A DNA stretch of 64,000 bases from a virus: IMG/VR virus record IMGVR_UViG_3300042390_000257, positions 2,477 to 66,476 of that record. One strand, written 5' to 3'. Below are positions 34,800 through 44,280 of the stretch, piece by piece (within the stretch, counting starts at the first letter, position 1; each line of letters starts with the position of its first letter). A model generated the notes under the pieces. The model saw nothing but the letters and a program-made list of their open reading frames with translations, was not told the origin of the DNA and made no database searches. Made by a program: the position numbers and the translations under genes.

Positions 34800-36046
34800 G
34801 TTGTGGTTCTCCTTGTGAGTTGATAATTAACTACGGCTTGCTTGAGTGATGGTGCTAACTCACGCAAGTTCTTGCGGGCAAGAATATCTTCGGGGATGGC
34901 AATCCCTGCGTCGGTCAAGATACTACGCACAGGAGCCAGTTCGTTGTCAAGCACTGTCGTGCAGTTTGTGATGAGGAAGGATGCTGACTGGATTAAAGTA
35001 TCAAAAAACGAGATGTCTTCAAATGCCACTTCTGCGATACCCACCAGCAACTCGGGGTATCTGTACGCGACATCCATCCCTCGCCTCCAAATAATCTTTT
35101 GCATTTTTTGATTAATGTCTTCGTCCCATGGGAGATCGGAGCCATGCTGAAAATCGTCGGATACCCACCCCAGTATCGGGGAGTTCTGCGAGACCCCCGT
35201 CATTTTGGACATCATCCCTGTTTGGACTTCTCGGGAACAAAAGACTCGCCATGGCGCTGGGGATTCAATGTTCCGTGATAGGGCAAAGAATTCCTCGGTC
35301 ATCTTGGTCAGGTCGGGGACCTTGACCCCAGCGTTGATTAGGCGCTTGATCTGAGCGCGGAATGCTGGGCGCTCCCCCGTGGGGGTTATCTTCCCACCAA
35401 CCCTGCGGGCGGTGAGTTCAAAATGGTCTAGGACTTGTGAGACTTCACTGGTGGTTTTCTTCAGGGCGATGGTCTCATCCCATGGTCGGTCGTTGTCAGG
35501 GTCAGCACCAAAAGTGGGCATAGGTTCTCCTTGTTGTTTTTTCGGGCGAAGCCCACAAAGGAAAATGTCGTTAGACATTTTCCTTTGTACTATATCTAAA
35601 GTACTATCTATAGAGACGCGTTCCCCCTGCTCACAGCCTCGTGGGGGGTTCACTGGTGACCCCCCTGGTAGGTCACTGGTGACCCCCCCTTTGGGGGTAG
35701 GCAGGTCACTGGTGACCCCACCTTTGCGTAGGGCTAGGTCACTGGTGAACCCCCCTTTAGGCTTGCGGTAATTGACAATTATGCTCTTCCCACGGTTCGC
35801 TGAAAGTATGGTTGATGTTACTACTTTGTGTAACTCTAACCACTTAATTGATCGTTTAACCGTAGAAGGTGACAGTCCTGAGATTCCTGAGATGTCGTCA
35901 ATTGTCATAATCGGATTGCCGTCAAAGGGGGTCAAGCGGATGATGCACATGAGGATATGGGAGTGGGTCGGATTGCCCTTTTTGGTGATCAAATCAATCG
36001 CCCATATTGGGACCGCGGCAAATGGTCCGTTAAGTTTTCTAGACAT
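34796..36046 (-). CDS. Replication initiator (lambda O-like layout, N-terminal HTH)
   Basis: HTH ISGISGLSPSTVKRSIKWL; internal iteron-like repeats; upstream of DnaC-like and DnaB genes. Confidence 0.8.
   Translation of the reverse strand: MSRKLNGPFAAVPIWAIDLITKKGNPTHSHILMCIIRLTPFDGNPIMTIDDISGISGLSPSTVKRSIKWLELHKVVTSTILSANRGKSIIVNYRKPKGGFTSDLALRKGGVTSDLPTPKGGVTSDLPGGSPVNPPRGCEQGERVSIDSTLDIVQRKMSNDIFLCGLRPKKQQGEPMPTFGADPDNDRPWDETIALKKTTSEVSQVLDHFELTARRVGGKITPTGERPAFRAQIKRLINAGVKVPDLTKMTEEFFALSRNIESPAPWRVFCSREVQTGMMSKMTGVSQNSPILGWVSDDFQHGSDLPWDEDINQKMQKIIWRRGMDVAYRYPELLVGIAEVAFEDISFFDTLIQSASFLITNCTTVLDNELAPVRSILTDAGIAIPEDILARKNLRELAPSLKQAVVNYQLTRRTTT
35585..35756. promoter_or_regulatory. Putative replication origin: four palindromic iterons plus adjacent AT-rich patch
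   Basis: G(G/T)TCACTGGTGA(C/A)C at 35648, 35671, 35704 and 35737; AT-rich TACTATATCTAAAGTACTATCTATA at about 35588-35612. Confidence 0.75.
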
Positions 36047-36254
36047 GGTGGCTCCTCGTGGTGTCGGAAAGCATACACAAGAAAAGGAGGAGAAGGTGTT
36101 GCGTACACTGATTTCTTTCTGTATGATCTAAACACCGAGTTGGTGGTTCTCCTCGGGTGTCGCTGATCTCCTTGCTCAGCGTGGTGGTTATGGATGGGGC
36201 GCTATAGTGTAGAGTTATGCTATAAGCGCCCCATTCCATACAAGGAGTCCACAC

Positions 36255-36698
36255 ATGGCGACAGCCCCAGCCCTTACCAAATCCCTCAAAACCCTGTTAT
36301 CTGACACCGTCACTTTCTACTTCATGGCGCACGGATTTCACTGGAATGTTGAGGGTTCTGACTTCAGCCAGTACCACGGTCTCTTCGCAGAAATCTATGA
36401 AGATGCCTACACGATGATTGACCCAGTCGCTGAGAACATCCGCAAACTGGATGATTACGCACCGTTCAATCTTCAGAAGTTTATTGATCTTCGGACACTT
36501 GAATTCAAAGAAGTAAGTCCGAATCCTAAGGCAATGTCAACGGCATTGTTGAAGGCTAACGAGGCGCTGATCACTCAGTTAAATGCCTCATTCAAAGAAG
36601 CAAACAAAGCCGACCAGCAGGGTATTGCAAACTTCTTGTCTGAGAGGGTTGACAGTCAAATGAAATGGTCATGGCAACTACGAGCATCGGTTAAGTGA
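36255..36698 (+). CDS. dps: Dps (ferritin-like DNA protection protein)
   Basis: HGFHWNVEG..F...HGLFAEIY......D.VAENIR; AAGGAG SD. Confidence 0.95.
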   Translation: MATAPALTKSLKTLLSDTVTFYFMAHGFHWNVEGSDFSQYHGLFAEIYEDAYTMIDPVAENIRKLDDYAPFNLQKFIDLRTLEFKEVSPNPKAMSTALLKANEALITQLNASFKEANKADQQGIANFLSERVDSQMKWSWQLRASVK

Positions 36699-36708
36699 GG
36701 TAACCATC

Positions 36709-36999
36709 ATGGTTGAAAAGAATAAATACACACGCAGTGGAGAAACCTTCTCGGGTTATAACAAGCCGAAGGCGACACCTGATCATCCCAGCAAATCACA
36801 TGCGGTCCTTGCAAAGCAGGGAGAGACCGTCAAGTTGATTAGGTTTGGTGAGCAAGGCGCCGAGACAGCAGGAAAACCCAAAGAAGGAGAGTCTGAGCGC
36901 ATGAAGGATAAGCGCGCATCGTTTAAGGCTCGCCACGGTAAGAATATTGCTAAGGGTAAGATGAGCGCGGCTTATTGGGCCGACAAGGTGAAATGGTAA
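36709..36999 (+). CDS. Small basic phage protein
   Basis: KLIRFGEQG...RASFKARH...SAAYWADKVKW, a motif recognised from aquatic viruses. Confidence 0.8.
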   Translation: MVEKNKYTRSGETFSGYNKPKATPDHPSKSHAVLAKQGETVKLIRFGEQGAETAGKPKEGESERMKDKRASFKARHGKNIAKGKMSAAYWADKVKW

Positions 37000-37262
37000 T
37001 GGCTCCCCGTAAAACAGAAAACCCAAAGAGAACAGCAAAGTATTACCGAGATCATCCTGAGGCTCGGGAGAAGAAGGCTGAAACAGATAAGAAATTTAAC
37101 GCCAAGCCCGAACAGAAAGAGAAGCGCCGCGAACTCTCAGAAGAGCGTCGTAAGCGTGGCGTCATGGGTAAGGGTGGAGATGATCTGTCCCATACCAAAG
37201 ATGGTAAATTAGTTAAGGAAGACCCATCTAAGAATCGCGCCCGTAACCGAGGAAAGAAGTAA
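36999..37262 (+). CDS. Small basic protein with HNH-like C-terminus
   Basis: GDDLSHTKDGKLVKEDPSKNRARN. Confidence 0.7.
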   Translation: MAPRKTENPKRTAKYYRDHPEAREKKAETDKKFNAKPEQKEKRRELSEERRKRGVMGKGGDDLSHTKDGKLVKEDPSKNRARNRGKK

Positions 37263-37264
37263 TC

Positions 37265-37426
37265 ATGGCTGAGAAGAAAAAGAAGGTATGGGAAACCAAA
37301 GACCCCACTAAGTCTGATAAGAAACTAACCCCCGATCAGAAGGCTAAGGCTAAAGCCTCTGCTAAAGCCGCAGGTCGTCCTTACCCTAACCTTATTGACA
37401 ATATGAAAGCGTCTAAAAAGAAGTAG
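37265..37426 (+). CDS. 53-aa basic protein (not in ORF track)
   Basis: MAEKKKKVWETKDPTKSDKKLTPDQKAKAKASAKAAGRPYPNLIDNMKASKKK*. Confidence 0.7.
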   Translation: MAEKKKKVWETKDPTKSDKKLTPDQKAKAKASAKAAGRPYPNLIDNMKASKKK

Positions 37427-37431
37427 ATAAC

Positions 37432-37459
37432 AAAACACCCCCGCAAGGGGGTGTTTCTT
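37432..37459. terminator. Bidirectional intrinsic terminator
   Basis: AAAACACCCCC-GCAA-GGGGGTGTTTCTT between convergent genes. Confidence 0.85.
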
Positions 37460-37488
37460 ATTGTGGCTACATTTGGATGTAATTGTGG

Positions 37489-38316
37489 CTACATTGCCAA
37501 GAGTTGTATTGCGCTCAGAAGGTTTTCCACATGTTCAATCTTGTCACTGGCAAACATGTAGGTAACTGACGAGCCATCGGCACGGTGGATAACCACCGAG
37601 GTAGCGGATGTTTCCTCAATGATTGCTGGCTCAACCAAACCAATGTCATCAAGACCATTCAGCAGGATGCCAATGAGTTGTTCCTTGGTCGTAGTCTTTT
37701 CAATTTCAATACCAAGCAACTTAGCCTGACGGCGCAATGCAGAAATTGGTTGCATACGCAATTCTTCTTCAGTAAATGCCTCCGGTCTATATTCCTCAGC
37801 AATTTGTTTCTCTTTAATTCCATTAAGGACTTTCTCAAGTGCTTCTTCTCGGTCCGTTTTAACTGCGGGCACTTCGGGCGCTTCTTTAATTTCCTGCACA
37901 TCAACGACATCAATTGGTGCAAGTGCATTTGTGAGATCAAGTAGACGGATACCGTTGGCGTGAGCCTTAAGTAGCGTGTCCTCAGTTTCAGGAGCGTCAT
38001 CCCACAAAACGAGCAACGACTTCTCACCCGCTAATCGTTGTACATAATTGAGTACTGCGGAGTTTGCATCCTCAGTATCTTCCCAATCCTTGGCATCTTT
38101 TAAGACTGAGCGCGGAATACGGTTACCGACCATGATGTACTCATGACCGAAGTCAATAATTGCGGTATAGACGCGGTCAAGACTTTCGTCAGGCTTACCG
38201 CCGTACCATGGCAGGACAAAGATACTGTCATTGACCAGTTCGGACAATGAGTCTTCAATGATGTTGAGGCTGGCGTTACCTTTTCCGATAACACCAATAA
38301 CTTTCTTGGTGGACAT
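37489..38316 (-). CDS. Hypothetical protein with Rho-N-like helical module
   Basis: EELRMQPISALRRQAKLLGIEIEKTTTKEQLIGILL; AGGAG SD. Confidence 0.7.
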   Translation of the reverse strand: MSTKKVIGVIGKGNASLNIIEDSLSELVNDSIFVLPWYGGKPDESLDRVYTAIIDFGHEYIMVGNRIPRSVLKDAKDWEDTEDANSAVLNYVQRLAGEKSLLVLWDDAPETEDTLLKAHANGIRLLDLTNALAPIDVVDVQEIKEAPEVPAVKTDREEALEKVLNGIKEKQIAEEYRPEAFTEEELRMQPISALRRQAKLLGIEIEKTTTKEQLIGILLNGLDDIGLVEPAIIEETSATSVVIHRADGSSVTYMFASDKIEHVENLLSAIQLLAM

Positions 38317-38325
38317 GTTGTTCTC

Positions 38326-38580
38326 CTATTGGAAGGACTGGCGTATTGATGAGTCACCTACGAGAGTGATCAATCGCAACACCGAGTGAGTGGCACTGGC
38401 AATTGTAGCCATAGCCAACCCACTAAACACAACATCCTCGGAAGATATAAAGACGGAAATAATGATTCCCAGAATTGCCCCAGACAAAACAATGACCCAA
38501 CCATTCAGTTTTTTTGACAAGGCACTTGTAATGATATGAATAACTTTATAAACGGCTAAGCCGCCTATGAGTAAGGTCAC
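38326..38580 (-). CDS. Small membrane protein (holin candidate)
   Basis: 84 aa with 2-3 hydrophobic segments. Confidence 0.6.
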   Translation of the reverse strand: MTLLIGGLAVYKVIHIITSALSKKLNGWVIVLSGAILGIIISVFISSEDVVFSGLAMATIASATHSVLRLITLVGDSSIRQSFQ

Positions 38581-40862
38581 GGTTGTCCTACTCCTGTGTA
38601 TCCGGGGATTCGGTTAAACCTCAGGTTAGCAAGAGCCGTGGTGTATTCAGTTGCTGGGACAACATTATCAATTACTTGTTTAACATTATTCACAGAGCGG
38701 TTGTAGTCGGATGTGTAATATGAAAAACTTGTATGTGCGGTAGCCCCACCCCACCGATAGTCAGCATTAGAGTTAATTGCACCAACGCCACCATCAGAAC
38801 CACCAAGCCAGCCACCATTCTCGGAGTTACCATCAAAGTACTCACCAGGTGCATATGGTTCAAACAGTGGTCTTGTAACTTTCATTGGAACACCAGTAGT
38901 GGCTGTCGCCCAAACATGGATTGCGTATCTGTATGAGTTTAATGGGTACCAAGGTTCCGCAAAAGGTAACTCTAATTTCCAGTATTTTCTGAATCCATTT
39001 GTCAATGTGTCTTTGCGGTAAACCAGCGTTGATTGAGCGACAGTAACTGTGCCGTCATCATTTTGTAATGTTACCTTATAAACATTATCGTTAATATCAT
39101 CAATGGAAAAATAGTAGTTAATTCCACGCAATACTGGGGTGTAATTATAAGTAGTGCCATCATTTGTAATATTTGTTGTCAAGGTAACCGAAGCGGCTGT
39201 AGATGGAGTAAGTGTTAGCACTCTGTTAGTAACATCAACCGTGTTAGTTCCTGTTGATGTGTACGCTCTCCAATATTTGCTGGCAACAGTTGCTGAAGCA
39301 GCAGATGTACTTATTCCACCCGTAAACTGAGGGTCTCGCACAAGATTAAGTTTTTGAGATTCAACATCAATATTATAAGGATAGTTATTTAGTGTATTAA
39401 TACTATTTGGAATAATAAAGACAGACTCGCTATTTGCATCCATAGCAACCCACATGTGTAAGTACATATCAGTTGTACTAAGAGTTCCATTTCCAGGTGT
39501 TCCCAAATAGACAGGTTGTTCATACACACTGGTTGACCCATCTGTCTGCGTCGGAATAAAACTAGTAGCAGATGATGCAGTTCCAGTACTAGTAGTGAAT
39601 GCCACTACTGACGCCGCTTGGACAGTTGTTGATAACGCCCAACCAAGAACACTTGCACCAGTAGCCGTTCCGTATGTAGCACCAAAGTCTAAGTACATAT
39701 TGCTTGCTTGACTAACATTTTGAACTTTAGTTTTCAGGCATGCAACTTGCATACCAGTTCCTGATGAATAAGTAACCTGTAAGGCAGTCGTAGGGGTGAC
39801 AATATTCTTACCCGTAAAAACACTTGCCGCAGTTAATGCAATTGTTGGCGTACCAGTTGTATCATGTTGTAAGAGCCACTGACCAGTAGCAGGGGCGCTA
39901 CTACCATTAGTAGTAACCGCCACACTACTCATTGCCTTTTGTGTAGCACTAAATAAGTTACTTCTATTAAAAGTAATAGTAGAGTTACACCCTGATACTG
40001 CTGTTATGTATTCCTGGACTCCGGTTGGTAGTCCTTCGTTTTGAGTTAAGTAACCATAGTCGGTCAACACATTTCTTAGATTAGCGGCACCTAGGGATTC
40101 AATATCTAATGGAAGACCAACCTCTAATGCCAAGTTCTTAAGCATGTCACTGTTTGCCACATATGGGTCTTTTTGTTGCATGACATAGTCAACAGTTGTC
40201 CGCAGTACATCAATATCCCAACCAAACACATCTAGCATTCTATATAACGGACCAGACATAGCAATATCGGGGCGCTCTGGGAAACTCCCTATTGGGTTGG
40301 TTATACCAATTTGCTCATCCTGTAGTCGGTAATGAAGAGGGATACGCCTATATAACATGTTAGTTGAACCATAATTAAACGGCACAAGTTCTTCAGTAGA
40401 GCCAAGTTTTTCGTACCATGAACGGCTATTTGTAGATGAGTACTTTACAAATAGGCTGTAGTAGGCCCATGCACCACTAGTTAACCCCTGGTGAGGTAAT
40501 TTAGAAATTGAGTTACTGGCTGTAATCGTCTCAAGGACTTGCCCATCAGCCAGTGTTTGTGGTGGTCCAAATGGTGAATAACACAATGCTAAAGATACTG
40601 CTTGCGGAGTTTCACTAAGACTAGACGGATCAACAAGTGTGGTTGTGATCGCCCAAGACAGTTGAACAGTGTCATAATCAGTAGCAACTGCCGAAAGGAA
40701 TGAAGAACTTGCCGGAGTTGTAGGTGGAATTGTATACCCATCAGACTTTAAAGCGGATGAGTTGTCAACACCGATGTTTGCAGAACCTGCTTGGAGGAAT
40801 GAACCAGTAGTTGATGCATTTGTTCCAACGGTACTTTTAAATGTAAAGGATATACGAGCCAT
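38577..40862 (-). CDS. Baseplate wedge/tail protein (P2 gpI-like region plus S/T-rich beta domains)
   Basis: Follows the baseplate J-like gene; LYRRIPLHYR...LYRMLDVFGWDID...LALEVG. Confidence 0.75.
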   Translation of the reverse strand: MARISFTFKSTVGTNASTTGSFLQAGSANIGVDNSSALKSDGYTIPPTTPASSSFLSAVATDYDTVQLSWAITTTLVDPSSLSETPQAVSLALCYSPFGPPQTLADGQVLETITASNSISKLPHQGLTSGAWAYYSLFVKYSSTNSRSWYEKLGSTEELVPFNYGSTNMLYRRIPLHYRLQDEQIGITNPIGSFPERPDIAMSGPLYRMLDVFGWDIDVLRTTVDYVMQQKDPYVANSDMLKNLALEVGLPLDIESLGAANLRNVLTDYGYLTQNEGLPTGVQEYITAVSGCNSTITFNRSNLFSATQKAMSSVAVTTNGSSAPATGQWLLQHDTTGTPTIALTAASVFTGKNIVTPTTALQVTYSSGTGMQVACLKTKVQNVSQASNMYLDFGATYGTATGASVLGWALSTTVQAASVVAFTTSTGTASSATSFIPTQTDGSTSVYEQPVYLGTPGNGTLSTTDMYLHMWVAMDANSESVFIIPNSINTLNNYPYNIDVESQKLNLVRDPQFTGGISTSAASATVASKYWRAYTSTGTNTVDVTNRVLTLTPSTAASVTLTTNITNDGTTYNYTPVLRGINYYFSIDDINDNVYKVTLQNDDGTVTVAQSTLVYRKDTLTNGFRKYWKLELPFAEPWYPLNSYRYAIHVWATATTGVPMKVTRPLFEPYAPGEYFDGNSENGGWLGGSDGGVGAINSNADYRWGGATAHTSFSYYTSDYNRSVNNVKQVIDNVVPATEYTTALANLRFNRIPGYTGVGQP

Positions 40863-42355
40863 TAGACTGCCGAGACACCGCCATAAGTATTGACAATGTT
40901 GACGGAACCTTTCTTTAATAGTCTGTCGGAAGCAATTGTAAGTTTTCCACTACTAGCAATTGAGTTAGCATCTGAAGGGTTAAACCCTGTTACAACAATA
41001 TAGTCAACTCCACTAACTGCTGTAGCAACCCTGTACACATCACCTATTGTAATAGTTTGACCATCAAATGTTACATTGTCAAAAGCAAACAATGTATCAA
41101 TAGCAGTCCGAACATCAGCAGAAACAACTGACTGCACATAGTTAGATTTAACATATAAATCTAGATATATGTAAAGTTTGGTGAAAGTTATGGTACTTGG
41201 GACATTCACTAATGTAATTCCGAGCATTGCATTATCTAGGAGTTCACGAGATACTCGCTCACGCAAATCAGTTGGAATAGATACAGAAGCCGCTCCATCA
41301 GTTAGATAAGTTGCCTGAGGACCAATAACCGTAGCCGTAACCGAAGCACCAGTTGATGCTGATCCTAAATAACTAACGGTTGCCTTAGATACACCCTGAG
41401 TTGTAAGTGCTAAATCTCCGAAGTCGGATAAAGACACAGCGCCATTACGCGTTCTAATCACACTAGGGATGGATCGTTTAATTGAGTCAATACTTTCAAT
41501 ATCAGAACCACCAGCGGCGGCAGAGGTATTTCCAATAACAGATATTCCAGTAATACCTCCACTAACAAATTTAGTGATGGTACCAGCAGCCACATTACCA
41601 GCAGACCCAGATGTTTGAATATAAGTGCATGTAATAGATGATTTAGTTGTAGGTATTCTTCCGTTAATACCATTTCCAAAAACAATTTGTGTAACTCCTG
41701 TGGGAGTTACATACACCGTGAATACGGAGTCATTTGGTCCGTATTTAGTAAGATTGTTTACACGGGTCCATTCAACCACTTCACCAAAAACTCCTTCACT
41801 CACATAAACTCTGATCGTGCTTACTGCGACGCTAGTTCGGTACAGCCTAAAGCGTTGTCCGGCAGTTCCATCACTAATACTGCTCGTTGAGTCAGATTCT
41901 GAAGTAACGGCTTCTGCCGTATACTTCTTACCCTGAATAACGCTTAAAGTTGATGTTGCTAAAGACAATACTGAGTTTTCAGAGACACTGAGGAATTGTT
42001 GCCCATCAGTTGATATAAAGGCTGTATCAACAGGAATTACAATGGTAGATGCTGAGGTATTTTGTACACTTACTAATGCGGTGGCGGCTTTAATATAGTT
42101 TGGAACATACCCATATAGGTTTGCCAATGCCACAACGCTACTTCTTTGAGTAGCGGTACCAAGAAATGCTTCAGTAGAGGCACGATCAATGTAGTAATGC
42201 ATAATATCGGCGCTGTATGCCCACAAATCAATCAGAGTAGACATAAAATCCGACGAGTCACTACCCGCCCATTCAGGTAATGAACTGGACGCTCTAGTTG
42301 TAAGGTTAGTGCGAATAGAGTTATAGTCTCTAGCGGTGTTGTCAAAGTTAGCCAT
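40862..42355 (-). CDS. Baseplate J / T4 gp6-like wedge protein
   Basis: RDYNSIR...LPEW...YYIDR...EAFLGTATQRSSV; GGSDIESIDSIK...AVSLSDF. Confidence 0.9.
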   Translation of the reverse strand: MANFDNTARDYNSIRTNLTTRASSSLPEWAGSDSSDFMSTLIDLWAYSADIMHYYIDRASTEAFLGTATQRSSVVALANLYGYVPNYIKAATALVSVQNTSASTIVIPVDTAFISTDGQQFLSVSENSVLSLATSTLSVIQGKKYTAEAVTSESDSTSSISDGTAGQRFRLYRTSVAVSTIRVYVSEGVFGEVVEWTRVNNLTKYGPNDSVFTVYVTPTGVTQIVFGNGINGRIPTTKSSITCTYIQTSGSAGNVAAGTITKFVSGGITGISVIGNTSAAAGGSDIESIDSIKRSIPSVIRTRNGAVSLSDFGDLALTTQGVSKATVSYLGSASTGASVTATVIGPQATYLTDGAASVSIPTDLRERVSRELLDNAMLGITLVNVPSTITFTKLYIYLDLYVKSNYVQSVVSADVRTAIDTLFAFDNVTFDGQTITIGDVYRVATAVSGVDYIVVTGFNPSDANSIASSGKLTIASDRLLKKGSVNIVNTYGGVSAV

Positions 42356-42746
42356 ACATGTCCTCGTTTAAGATGTCACTAACATTAAGTGTAACACTTG
42401 ATATTTGTGATGTGGGTATCTGGTAAGTAACAGTAATATTTACTGCCGTGGGTTCACTCAGTTGCTTTGAGTCACCTGAAGATATTTGTATATCATGAAT
42501 AATTACACCACTGACATCTTCAGTCATTGCCAGTAATGCTTCCTGCTTAAAGTCCGCCCATATCAGTGGGTCAATAGTTGTATAGAGCATGCCATACGCA
42601 CCCATACCATACTGAGGGCGCATAACGCGCTCACCCCTAGACACAGCAAGAACATCAACAATCTTCTGTTTAATAATTGTATCAAAATCAGTAGTTGTTG
42701 CTATTTTTCCATTATTAAATTGTAGTGGTAGGTATATTGCTCTCAT
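42348..42746 (-). CDS. GPW/gp25-like baseplate wedge subunit
   Basis: GERVMRPQYG motif. Confidence 0.9.
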   Translation of the reverse strand: MRAIYLPLQFNNGKIATTTDFDTIIKQKIVDVLAVSRGERVMRPQYGMGAYGMLYTTIDPLIWADFKQEALLAMTEDVSGVIIHDIQISSGDSKQLSEPTAVNITVTYQIPTSQISSVTLNVSDILNEDMYG

Positions 42747-42857
42747 TACTCATCACCACTTACACTTTTGTAAAGATTGTACATACAAAACATTATATAG
42801 AAAGAACCAAAACTGATGCTGGTAAGAGTTACCATTAACAGTTTAAAAGATTGTTTT

Positions 42858-44021
42858 TTAAACATAATAATCTACCATTTCTACTGAGGATGTCCATGCT
42901 TCCTGCGTAAATACTGGACTAGGTGGTTCAGGGGGAGTAGACATTGCTTGGAATATTGGGTATTCATCATTTGTATCTTTTTTAGATACAAGGACATGCG
43001 TAAAGAACTCACTACGAGTAAGCGTATGTTTAACATCCTTAACATACCAAAGACCATCAAAACTTGATTCAAAGTTAGTAATGTTAACCAGCCCACCTGG
43101 AAGAACACCTGCCGTACCAGTTAATGCCAAATCAGCATTAAGAATATTAATTCCTCTGTTATTGGCAGAAACCAAAGTCTCAGCCATAGCAACAGAAGTA
43201 GCGTTAACGCTTACATTATCAACAATATTAAAATCAATTTGTTTTCCAAATCCAGTTGTTTCATTAAAGTCATTTGATGTATAGGTAAGTCCTTGGTTAT
43301 CAAGGGCAGTTACTGAAACACTGTGGTTGGTTTTGGGTCTAACGGAATCTCCAAAGACACCCTTCATAGACAAGATAATTGCTGGGGATGTACTGGTGTC
43401 GCCATTACGGGCTTTAATATTCTTAAGTTCATGGTAGGAGGTTTGACGACCAAGTGAGCGCATGGGATTCCAAACATGAAGGTGTGTACCATGGAGTGAT
43501 ACACATAACCCATACATACCAGCAACTTTATTTAAGAACTCCCAATCCGATTCCTCTGATTGGACAATGCGCGGATATTCAAACCCCTCAGAGATAGTAG
43601 AAACACTAAATTTATACTTATCAGCCAATTCAGTGGCGACTTTCTGTATAGAACAGTTTTCCCATAACTTAGTTTTCTTAGAGCGCATACCGTAAGATGC
43701 GCCGATACATAGCACTTCAACCAATTGGAACGGGCTTCCGTTCACTGTTCCTTCGTAGTTTTTAAATGATGGTTCTATGGATGCAATGTAGCCACAGAAC
43801 TCATGAAAGTTAATACCAAATCCCCAATAGCAATATACTGGTTTATTTATGTAATCAGTTATTAACTGTGATGGGATACCCGCTACTTTTATTTTTAAGA
43901 GGTCGTGCTTATTCTCACATAGGTCAAGTTCTACTTGAACAATTGACATTGTACGAGTAGGTACATCGTTTATAACAATGTCAACCTTTGGTGAGATTGG
44001 GCTTGATGACTTAAAGATCAT
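42858..44021 (-). CDS. Baseplate hub (gpD/gp27-like)
   Basis: QSEESDWEFL...; FDGLWYVKDVKHTL. Confidence 0.82.
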   Translation of the reverse strand: MIFKSSSPISPKVDIVINDVPTRTMSIVQVELDLCENKHDLLKIKVAGIPSQLITDYINKPVYCYWGFGINFHEFCGYIASIEPSFKNYEGTVNGSPFQLVEVLCIGASYGMRSKKTKLWENCSIQKVATELADKYKFSVSTISEGFEYPRIVQSEESDWEFLNKVAGMYGLCVSLHGTHLHVWNPMRSLGRQTSYHELKNIKARNGDTSTSPAIILSMKGVFGDSVRPKTNHSVSVTALDNQGLTYTSNDFNETTGFGKQIDFNIVDNVSVNATSVAMAETLVSANNRGINILNADLALTGTAGVLPGGLVNITNFESSFDGLWYVKDVKHTLTRSEFFTHVLVSKKDTNDEYPIFQAMSTPPEPPSPVFTQEAWTSSVEMVDYYV

Positions 44022-44278
44022 TGAACAGGAATCCGTAAGACTGTCCCTATGGGAATTTCATCAGGGAATGGAACATGAGGGTTAAGGTCAGCAATTTCCC
44101 AGTAACGCTCAGGATCATTTAATACACGAGAAGCAATTAAATCAAAACTGTCACCAGTTTTAGTTGTATATGTATAATATTTAGAACCAGACTTATACTT
44201 TCTTAAAGATATGTAAGTACCAGTACTGTCAGCAGTTGGTTGCTTATAATAGCGAGAAAGTGATTGTATAAATGACAT
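44018..44278 (-). CDS. LysM/gpX-like baseplate protein
   Basis: YTTKTGDSFDLIASRVLNDPERYWEIADLN...GTVLRIP. Confidence 0.88.
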   Translation of the reverse strand: MSFIQSLSRYYKQPTADSTGTYISLRKYKSGSKYYTYTTKTGDSFDLIASRVLNDPERYWEIADLNPHVPFPDEIPIGTVLRIPVQ

Positions 44279-44280
44279 AA

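Noticed and set aside
36047-36254. tRNA or other ncRNA in the larger intergenic gaps
   Set aside because: No cloverleaf or T-loop GTTCRA pattern seen; only a short imperfect hairpin in a divergent promoter region
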